Part shown: positions 29,703 through 38,400 of the stretch, piece after piece
Numbering within the stretch: position 1 is the stretch's first letter
Layout of the letters: every line of letters begins with the position of its first letter
Assembly (NCBI GenBank): GCA_965222375.1
Contig: CBDCTZ010000016.1
Location: 2,944,001 to 3,008,000, forward strand
Direction: 5' to 3'
From: Polyangiaceae bacterium
GTDB lineage: Bacteria; Myxococcota_A; Polyangia; Polyangiales; Polyangiaceae
DNA length: 64,000 nt
The notes under the pieces: model-generated
Seen by the model: only the letters and a program-made list of their open reading frames with translations
Told to the model about the DNA's origin: nothing
Databases searched by the model: none
Translations under genes and position numbers: made by a program

Positions 29703-31097
29703 TCAGGCGTTGCGGTTTTTCCAAGTGCGGGAGCGCTGCCGCCAGGGCATGGCTTTTTCCAATTGATGCGATAGCGATAGCACGACGTCGTCCCGTCCCT
29801 GGCGGCCGACGATCTGAACTCCGAAGGGGAGCCCCGTGTCGGAGACTCCCGCGGGGATATTGGCCGCAGGTTGACCGGTGACGTTGAAAGGTGCGGTGAA
29901 GGTGCCGATCGCCGAGATGGCCCGGAACGCCTCTTCGGGCTCCATGTCGCGGAAGGCGCCGACCCGGGGTGCGAATAGTCCCACGGTTGGCATCAGCAGC
30001 ACGTCGGCGTCGCCATGAAAGTCCAAGACCCGTTGGAGCAAGACCCGTTTGACTCGCTGAGTTTCGGCGTGGTCGAGTTTGCGTCCAGCTTGGCGCAACC
30101 AGCGAGTGACTGGCTGCAACACGCGCTCACTGACCGCTGGCACGTTGGCGAGCATGCGCTGCCATAGGGGCAGGAAATCCTCCAAGCGCCCCTCCACCAT
30201 GGGAACTTGCTCCACGTGGTGCCCCAGGCCTTCGAGCAGCTTTCCCGTCTCTACTACGGCCTGAGCAATCTCCGGCTCTACATCGCCGATCATGGCTTCG
30301 GTGCAGAGGCGGACTTTGAGGGCCGTTCGGGGAGGGTGGCTGCTAGCCGTCAAGCAACTGTCCTGAGCAAACTCCACATGAGTCATGGGGTGGCGACGCA
30401 TGACGTCCAACATCGCCGCGGCGTCCGCGACGGAATGAGTCAGCGGGCCCATGGTGGACAGGCCAAGAGTATTGACTCGGCCGTGTAGGTTGCCGAGCAA
30501 ACTCAGCGATGGTTTGAAGCCATATAGATGACAGAAGGCGGCAGGAATGCGCACGGACCCGCCACCGTCGGAGCCGTGGGCCAGAGGAACGAGTTCCGCT
30601 GCAACGGCCGCTCCGGAGCCGCCGCTGGAACCGCCCGGGGTGTGCTCCGGGTTCCAGGGGTTGCGGGTTGCAGCGTGGATCTCTGGTTCGGTTACGGGGA
30701 GCGCTCCGAATTCGGATGTTGCCGTCTTGCCCACCACGACGAAGCCGCCTCGCTTCAGGAACTTGGTTACCGGCGCGTCCATGGGCGCGCGGAAGTACCT
30801 GAAGGCTCTGGAGCCGAGGCGCGTGGGCGTGCCGCGCATGAGCGCGAGATCCTTCAAGCCCAGGGGAACGCCGTGAAATACCGGGAGCTCGTCTGCCTTG
30901 GTCGAGAGCGCCTGCGCGTCTTTGCTTCTTGCCGCGCGTAGGGAGCTTTCTTCGAGCACGGCGACGAAAGCCGTGTACTTGTCGTCGAGCTGTCGGATCC
31001 GATCCAGATAGAAGCGGCAGAGCTCTTCGCTGGAAAGCTCACGCGAGCGAATCGCGGCTGCAAGTTCCAGAGCGGTGGCATCGAGGGGGTTTTGCAC
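29703..31097 (-). CDS. Amidase-signature family enzyme
   Basis: GVPLGLKD, GGSSGGSGAAV, GSDGGGSVRIPA. Confidence 0.95.
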   Translation of the reverse strand: MQNPLDATALELAAAIRSRELSSEELCRFYLDRIRQLDDKYTAFVAVLEESSLRAARSKDAQALSTKADELPVFHGVPLGLKDLALMRGTPTRLGSRAFRYFRAPMDAPVTKFLKRGGFVVVGKTATSEFGALPVTEPEIHAATRNPWNPEHTPGGSSGGSGAAVAAELVPLAHGSDGGGSVRIPAAFCHLYGFKPSLSLLGNLHGRVNTLGLSTMGPLTHSVADAAAMLDVMRRHPMTHVEFAQDSCLTASSHPPRTALKVRLCTEAMIGDVEPEIAQAVVETGKLLEGLGHHVEQVPMVEGRLEDFLPLWQRMLANVPAVSERVLQPVTRWLRQAGRKLDHAETQRVKRVLLQRVLDFHGDADVLLMPTVGLFAPRVGAFRDMEPEEAFRAISAIGTFTAPFNVTGQPAANIPAGVSDTGLPFGVQIVGRQGRDDVVLSLSHQLEKAMPWRQRSRTWKNRNA

Positions 31098-31157
31098 GGC
31101 AGATCCGCTAACCCGTCCTCGGGACGGATGCGAGGACCGAAATCCCTCTCGGTTTGG

Positions 31158-32549
31158 CTAGTCGGAGCCTCGCACGTCTCGGGCCGGCTCCAGAGGGCCG
31201 ATGCCCAGATCCCAGTAGGCGTCCAAGCAGGCTAGGGCCGCAGCCACCCGGGGCGCTGCAGATGGGCCCACCGGGGTGGTGCTCGAGTTCAGATCGACTT
31301 TTACGAACCCGCCTGCGGCAACCGGGCCCAGCATGGCAGTCGCGTCCGGCTCCGAGGCGGTGTCATCCACCTGGAACTGGCCGGAGCGCCACACCAAGCT
31401 GGCCTTCTGGGGATCCTTCGGTCGTTTCTTTACCATGGCCATTCCGCCGCCTGCCCGCTCCGCGTCGGCGCACGAGAGCAGGTGCTGCTCGAGCTGGCGC
31501 GGCTGGAAATCGAGGTCTTGTCTTTCGACGATGGCGGCGTTCAGCAGCAAGAGAGGAAGATCTAGCTTCGCCGTCATGATGCCCAGCGCAGCGCCGAAGC
31601 GCGGATTGAGCTCGGTTGGAAGGAAGCCGTCCTCGCTGAGTACGCCGTCGATGGTGAAGGCACCGCGGTAGCGGTATCTGTCCCGCAGATACTCGCCTGC
31701 GCGGCGGGCTGCGTCGCGCATTGCCTCTCGGTCCGCGGAGGGCGGGTCCCAAAAGGAGGCGGCGCGGCCATACTGGAGCGTGCTCCTGCCGGGCTGCCGG
31801 AACACGAGCATTTCGCAAGGGCGCAGTGTGACTATGTATTCCGGGAATACGAATCCGTGAATGCTGCATGGGATGCCCTCCAGGAAGGGCATCACGCGAA
31901 CTCGGTCGCAGTGATCGGCAAAGAAGCCGGCTGCGGAAGTTGCGTCTTCGGCACTCTGCACCCAGCGCAAATAGGTGGCGCCACCGTTGAAGCCCTCCTT
32001 GTTGTCTCCCGCCCAGGCACAGCCGCCACCGCGGTTGAGTTCGTCGTGGGCGCTGGCTAGGGCGGCTGGCTCCGCGGGGACGATCCGGAACGGCGCGTGC
32101 GCAATGCCCGCGTCAGTCCACAGGGCGTCGATGCGCGTCTTGTCCTCCAGCTGCTGCCACTCTTGGGGACGTGCGCCATACTTTTCGCGACCCGCAACTG
32201 GACGGCCATCATCGAAAATGGTTCCGAGCACCCGCACCTCGCGCGCTGGGTCGAAGGCATCGACTCCTTCGACTGCCTCCTTGGGCAGGTCGGCCAATGC
32301 GTCCAAGGAGCGGCGGATCCCCGCCATCATGTCGGGGGCCGTGACCGGCACGACAATCGGATTCGGCGCGAAATCAGGATTGGGTCCCGGGCCGGCCCCG
32401 GCCGACGTCGCGATGCACAGGCAACGCTCTGCCCCCAACGCTTCGAGCGCTTCCACGTAAGCTACGGAGCCCGCCAAAACATCCGTGGCAACGATCCAGC
32501 GGCGACCGCCAAAAACGCTCTTCAGCAACTCCTGACAATGCTCAGTCAT
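31158..32549 (-). CDS. ATP-grasp-like protein of unknown function
   Basis: LEDKT, VMPFLEGIPCSIHG, GAFTIDGV...TELNPRFG. Confidence 0.7.
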   Translation of the reverse strand: MTEHCQELLKSVFGGRRWIVATDVLAGSVAYVEALEALGAERCLCIATSAGAGPGPNPDFAPNPIVVPVTAPDMMAGIRRSLDALADLPKEAVEGVDAFDPAREVRVLGTIFDDGRPVAGREKYGARPQEWQQLEDKTRIDALWTDAGIAHAPFRIVPAEPAALASAHDELNRGGGCAWAGDNKEGFNGGATYLRWVQSAEDATSAAGFFADHCDRVRVMPFLEGIPCSIHGFVFPEYIVTLRPCEMLVFRQPGRSTLQYGRAASFWDPPSADREAMRDAARRAGEYLRDRYRYRGAFTIDGVLSEDGFLPTELNPRFGAALGIMTAKLDLPLLLLNAAIVERQDLDFQPRQLEQHLLSCADAERAGGGMAMVKKRPKDPQKASLVWRSGQFQVDDTASEPDATAMLGPVAAGGFVKVDLNSSTTPVGPSAAPRVAAALACLDAYWDLGIGPLEPARDVRGSD

Positions 32550-32593
32550 CGACCTCGGTGGTCTAGCAGTCTTCGGCGCCGCGGTTAAGCGTA

Positions 32594-33712
32594 CTATGAA
32601 GCCGAACGGTTCAGAGCATCTGCCAGCAAGCGGTGGAAGTGATGCACCCCGGTCTCATGGCTTGGCGAATAACGACCGCGGTCGTAGAGGCGGGAGCGGA
32701 CGCCTCGGGCGACCTGAGTGACGACGGCTTCGTCTTCGAGTTCCACGGTATGCAGATCTGCCGCGGCGCCGCGACGTTCTTCGGCCGGATCTGCCACGTA
32801 GGAGAGGAAACGAACTCGCGTGCGGCTCGGGCCGAGGGGCTGAACGATGTTGAGGCTCAACCCGAAAGGATAGAAGTTGAGCATCGTGCAGGGGAACAAG
32901 AAATAGTAGTAGCCAGCGACGCGGCGCTGAGCGTCGACGTGGCCGGGTGGCAGCGTGAAACAGTCCTCTCCCTCCGCCGCGATGCCGACCTGCAGTACCC
33001 CCTCGGCTAGCAGCTCCGTCGAATAGTCCGAGTAGGACAGTGCTTTGGCGAGGCTTGGGTGCACGTAGGGCACATGTAGCCCCTCCAGATAGTTGTCGCA
33101 GTACAGCGCCCAGTTCGCGTCGAAGGTGTAGTCTCGGCTGGTGTTCGGGTCGAAGCTCAACGCAGAAAGATCCAGCCAGCCCAGGCGCTCATTCACCGGA
33201 CCGATGAGCGTGTCGAAGCTCATTGCTGGATTGAGGGATGTGAACAGTAGAGGGCCCCACGCCTCCAACGGAGTTCGAGGGAGGCGGTCTGCAGGCCCGG
33301 GAAAGTCTACGGCGTTCGCGAATTCCGGCATGTGCTGCATCGTGCCGTCGAGACCAAAGCGGCGTCCGTGGTAGCCGCATCGCAGCCCGCGCTGCTTGCA
33401 GGGGCGATCTAGGATGAGGTTGCCGCGGTGGGTGCAGACGTTCGAAAGAGCGCGGAGAGTTCCGCTGTCGTCCCGGGACAGAATCAAGGGCTCCTCGAGG
33501 GAGCCTGGAAGTAGCTCGTAGGGGAGGGCCTCGCCGGGTGCGCTGGGGATCCTGGCTGCATCCACGACGTGCCAGCTGCGCGCCAAGACGTCTCCAACAA
33601 CACGGGTGTACCAGGTGAGATCCGTGTACACAGCGGAGGGCAGGGTGAGTGCCTTTCGGATATCGGGGGCGATTTCAATTCGGGGCTGGGTCAAGCGAAA
33701 CCTCTGGCCCAT
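32594..33712 (-). CDS. Rieske non-heme iron oxygenase alpha subunit (choline monooxygenase-like)
   Basis: CTHRG...CGYHG Rieske ligands; NWALYCDNYLEGLHVPYVHP mononuclear Fe motif. Confidence 0.92.
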   Translation of the reverse strand: MGQRFRLTQPRIEIAPDIRKALTLPSAVYTDLTWYTRVVGDVLARSWHVVDAARIPSAPGEALPYELLPGSLEEPLILSRDDSGTLRALSNVCTHRGNLILDRPCKQRGLRCGYHGRRFGLDGTMQHMPEFANAVDFPGPADRLPRTPLEAWGPLLFTSLNPAMSFDTLIGPVNERLGWLDLSALSFDPNTSRDYTFDANWALYCDNYLEGLHVPYVHPSLAKALSYSDYSTELLAEGVLQVGIAAEGEDCFTLPPGHVDAQRRVAGYYYFLFPCTMLNFYPFGLSLNIVQPLGPSRTRVRFLSYVADPAEERRGAAADLHTVELEDEAVVTQVARGVRSRLYDRGRYSPSHETGVHHFHRLLADALNRSAS

Positions 33713-33783
33713 TCTACGCCAGCGCGCCCGGTGCGAGGGCGAGCAGCGTCGAGGGGCGGGAATCCGGCGCGGGTGTGCCTGGG

Positions 33784-34929
33784 CTAGCCGCGCATGTACC
33801 GCGTCATGGGGTTTTCGCGTCGCCAGATTACGTGATCCATGAAGTAGTGATGAATGTTCACGAAGGTGACGATGACGGCGGCAAACGGGGTCAGCCCCAG
33901 GGCTAACTCCGCGTTGGGGTCAACCGTGCCCTGGAGCACCCAGACCTCGTCCAGGAACTCTGGGCCACCACGCAGCACGATGTAGCCGAGGGCAAGCGAC
34001 GACAGCGCTAGTATCCCCAGGCGTACCGCGACGGGTCGGCCGAACTTCGGTGGACCTTGCGCTTCCCGCGCTTCGTTTCGCTTCAACAGCCACACAAAGT
34101 ACAGGTACTGAATCGAATGAAGCCCCGGGATGACGTAGGCCATCAGCGGATCCAGATTCGAGTACACGGTCCATAGCCAAATCGTAATCAGCAGCCCGCT
34201 GAAGGGGGCAAGGGGCGGCAACCGCTTCTCTCGCATCCACTTGAGGGCGAACACGACCAACACTGCAGCCCCGCTGACGAAGAACAGGCTGCCAGCGGCG
34301 ATTTCCAGTCCCGGCGGGTGGCCCAAGGAGCGGTACACGACACCGCTTTCTTCGAACAGGGCTCCAAAGTCTCGAGGGCTTGCCCAGCCGTACGCCCAAC
34401 CGCTGAAACAGTGTGTGAGGACGACTTTGCGCTCGACAGACGTGAAGCGTACGCCTCGACGCGCCGACAAGACCGTGAGCACACCGAAACCTTGTTTCAC
34501 GTAGTGCCAGCCGACGAGCACGTACATCAGCTGAACCATCAGGCCGATGCCTTGAGGCGAGCGTGAGGAAAGAGCGATGACGCCCCAGCCCGCCAGCACC
34601 GCAGGTACTACAAGCCCGGCGATCCAGTAGCGCACCTTCTGGAACGGCGTGAAGACGTCGCCAAACGCACGCTTCTTCGCGTCTTTGTAGAAGAGCAGAT
34701 ATGTTACGGTGAAGTGCGGATCGTTGATCACGTGCGCCAGGTAGAAAGCGACCATGGCCACCATCAACTCCGAGTCCTGCAAGCCGACGGTCTTGCGATA
34801 CAGCCAGGCCAGGGGAAACAGCACGATGGTCGCGCCCCCCACCAGCAGGAACTCCACGATGCGCTTGCCCCAATCGCCGGAACGCTGAGGTGCGGTGGAG
34901 CTGACCAGAGGCGCGGCGGCGGCGGTCAT
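33784..34929 (-). CDS. Polytopic membrane protein with conserved His motifs (possible membrane metalloenzyme)
   Basis: About 8-9 TM segments with NDPHF, WHYVKQGFG, HSIQYL and NIHHYFMD. Confidence 0.7.
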   Translation of the reverse strand: MTAAAAPLVSSTAPQRSGDWGKRIVEFLLVGGATIVLFPLAWLYRKTVGLQDSELMVAMVAFYLAHVINDPHFTVTYLLFYKDAKKRAFGDVFTPFQKVRYWIAGLVVPAVLAGWGVIALSSRSPQGIGLMVQLMYVLVGWHYVKQGFGVLTVLSARRGVRFTSVERKVVLTHCFSGWAYGWASPRDFGALFEESGVVYRSLGHPPGLEIAAGSLFFVSGAAVLVVFALKWMREKRLPPLAPFSGLLITIWLWTVYSNLDPLMAYVIPGLHSIQYLYFVWLLKRNEAREAQGPPKFGRPVAVRLGILALSSLALGYIVLRGGPEFLDEVWVLQGTVDPNAELALGLTPFAAVIVTFVNIHHYFMDHVIWRRENPMTRYMRG

Positions 34930-35185
34930 GCTCTGAAGCTAGCATTTCTTGTGCGCCTACAAGGCGCGGGCGCGCCCTCACCTCGGCTCGGCGGCTCTGT
35001 TGCACGGCTCCGGATTGATTTATGCCATGTTTGCTGTTTCGGCGCGGCCGCCTGGGGGCCGCTGCCGCGCCAATTCGAGGCCTCGAAATGCGCTCTCACC
35101 CGTGGTTGGCCTGAGGGTTGTCATTGTGCATCGACCGCCCCACGCTTCCGGTGGCTCGTGACGGGCAAGCTACAGGAGGCGAAGA

Positions 35186-35467
35186 ATGCGCGCGGTATTC
35201 AACGGCGAGACCATTGCAGATAGCGGCGAGACGGTCGTGGTGGAGGGTAACCACTACTTCCCGGCTAGTTCATTGAACATGAAGTACTTCGAAGAGAGTG
35301 ATGCAACGTCCTATTGCCCCTGGAAGGGTCAAGCGAGCTACTACTCCATTCGCGTCGGTGGCAAGTTGAGCGAGGGCGCTGCCTGGTACTACCCGGAGCC
35401 GAAGGAAGCGGCTGCGGAGCTCAAGGACCACGTCGCATTCTGGCGTGGAGTTGAAGTTCTCGAGTGA
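35186..35467 (+). CDS. DUF427 family protein
   Basis: VVVEGNHYFP, CPWKGQASYY, AAWYYPEPK. Confidence 0.92.
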   Translation: MRAVFNGETIADSGETVVVEGNHYFPASSLNMKYFEESDATSYCPWKGQASYYSIRVGGKLSEGAAWYYPEPKEAAAELKDHVAFWRGVEVLE

Positions 35468-35471
35468 GGGC

Positions 35472-38400
35472 TTAAGGCTTGCGTGCCCGCCAACGCTCCA
35501 AGCCACGTTTGACGGCCTGCACTAGGAACGGTCGCAGCTGAGCGGCAGGAATGATGTGATCGAGGGAGCCAACTGAAAGAGCCCGCTCCACGCTGTGAAT
35601 CGAGTCGAACTCTTGAGCAACAGCGGCGAGGTGCTCGGAGTGGACGATGGGAGTCAGCTCCGCGAGGCGCGAGCGGATCGTGGCCTTCTCTGCGCCACTT
35701 GCTGCCGCGAGTTGGTTCGAAAGCTCTGCAAGACGCGGGTCCTTCTGGGTGCGCCTCTTCACATCCCGCGCGAACACGACGGCTGCGGCTGGTGCCCCTC
35801 CAATGACCGAGGCGTGAGCACCCTCGAGCGCGATGACCTCCATCTGATCATTTAGGGTCTTGGAGAACACTACGAAAGCACCACCGTGGTAGCGCGACAC
35901 CACGCAAAACACGATCGGCCCGTCGAAGTTGACGATGGCACGTCCGATCTCCGCGCCGTACTCGAGCTGAAGTCGACGCATTGATTCGGGCGAACCGTCA
36001 AAACCCGACAGATTCGCCAGGGCAACCACCGGGCGATTGCCACTGGCGCTATTGAGAGCGCGAGCGGTCTTCTTCGACGACTGCGGGAACAGGGTTCCAG
36101 CAGTCCAGGTCGGGGGACCATCCGCTGGCAAGAAGCCGTAACGTGGAACGGGCTTGCTCTCCAGCCCAAGCAAGCACACCGGGTAGCCGCCCATATGAGC
36201 GTCCCAGACCACGGTCACCTCGGCGTGTCGCATGTCCGTCCACCGCTCCAGTGGCGTCGAGTCAGTATCGACCACGGCGCGCATCACCGAGCGGATATCA
36301 AAGGGCTTCTTGCGGCCGGGGTTCATTTCGGCGCTGAACACCTCGCCGATGGTCTTGAATTCGCCGCCATCGTGAGGTGAGGCAGAGACATCGCGATCCT
36401 TCGAGTCCGAACTCTGCGCTCGACGAGGAGAACCCTCACCGGGCACGACGTAGGTGTGGTCGTAGTGGGCGAGGAGAATTCTGCACGACCCTGCGATGTC
36501 TTGAGCGTAGTACTGCGCTTGGCCGTTGGGTCCCATGATGCGCTCGTAGCCACCGATGCCCTGGTTGTCCTCGGCGGAAACGCTTCCGGAATAGTCGAGG
36601 GCTTGTTTGCCTGTCAGCACCATGGCGCTTTCCGGCGCCATCACCAGAATGCCGCGGGTATGCATCAGCATCGTAGCCTCGGCGTTCCAGTACGGTTGCG
36701 CTCCCACGTTGATGCCGCAGACGACCACGTTGACCTCGCGCCCGTCCTGGGTGAAGTCGATCAGGCCCTTCAGCACCGCGGCAACCCAGTCCATGTTCTC
36801 GGTTCCGCTCTGCATCGCGATCTTTGCGCCGGCAGAGAGGGTGAACCACTCGACCGGAACGTCTAGCTCTCTAGCAAGGTCCAGTGCTGCGAGAATGCGT
36901 CGACACTCGGGCTCGGCCACGGAGCCCATTTCTTTGCTGGCATCGCCCAGAATAGCGACCCGCTTCATCCCTTCAGGCACCTTGGCTGTGAAGTTGGTGA
37001 TCACACCGACGACGACGTGAGCCGTGTTCTGACCAGGTGGGCGGTTTATCGCCACCAGCTGGTTCTTGTCGTCCAGATCGTATTCCTGAAACTCTCCCGG
37101 AGGAAACTCGGTGCCTGCTTCGACTCTGGCTGCCGTCAGGAGTTTCACGATCTCGTAGGGGTAAGTCAGGCCGCGGCTGCGCAGCCGCACTACGTTTTGC
37201 TCGTAGGCCGTCAGGGTCGGCTGCGGCTCGTCCACCGGCTCTTCAAAGCTGACGTGCAGACCGCTGCCGACAGTCGTAGTCGTACGCATGACGCGTTCGA
37301 CGAGCTTGCCAGTTTTCGGGTCCGGCACATTCATGTGCACCACCACTTGCTCTAGGCCGAGCCCCTCTGTCGCCGGCGCGAGTTTGCGCACGATGGTGTG
37401 AAGCTCGGACAGCTCTTGCCCCACGGGCGGCCAGATGTAGAGCAGGACACGATTCCATTGCAGTCGGGCCCGCGCGTCTCGCTTGGCCTGGAACGCACGG
37501 ATTACAGCTAGGGTCTCCAGCAGCATGCCTTCTAGGTGCGGCAACGCGACGATGCGCCCCTCCTCGTCTCGCACGGGCGTCAGGTCGCGGATCTCGGCGA
37601 CGGCGAAAATTCGTTCATCTTTGGGATTGTCACGAGCGATCGCGTGAAAGACGTTTACGTCCTCTGGCGACGGAAGGCGCTGGAGCTTGAAGTGTCGAAG
37701 ACGCCACAGGTGCATGCGTTTCGCCATGAGCGAATGCAGTCCGGGCCAGGTCAGGTCCTCGTAGAAGCTCCCATCGCGCTCTCGCAACGTGAGGTGACGG
37801 CATTTTTCGTCGTTCTGGAGAGTGTCGGTGGGACCAGTGAGGGTAACGGCGACTCGATCGATATCCGAGTCAGCGAGGGTTCGATCGAAGACCTTGATCA
37901 AGGCATCGGCGCTCGGCTGTTCTTCGCCGGTTGGGCACCACAAGTGGAGGTCCGCAACGCATCGCTCACCGGCGGGCACCTTCAGTGCCTTGGACGCAAG
38001 GTGTTTCGCTGCATCTTCGAGGTTGCTGGCCGTCGCAATAGTCGCGATCAGAGTCACCTGCTGCTCGTCGTGCTTGTAGCGCGCGCCTACATAGGGCCGG
38101 CCATCTGTCTCGCGGGACCACAGCCCTTCCAGGCTGCGGATCCGATACAACCGGCGTGTTAGAGCTTCGAGCATGACCAGCCGTGCTTTGGCGGAAGCGT
38201 CTTGGCTGCGTGCAATCAGCCGATGGGAAAGGGGCTGCGGACACTCAACCAAGGCGCGCATGATCTCGTCGGGAGCGGCGTCGGGGGTTCCGATGCTGTC
38301 GATCACACCGGTGACTCGGTTGTAGGTCGCGCGTCGCGCGGCCTCGAAGATCTTCTCATCGAAGCAGATGTGGCGGAGCTCTCGTGCGAGGTCGTTGACG

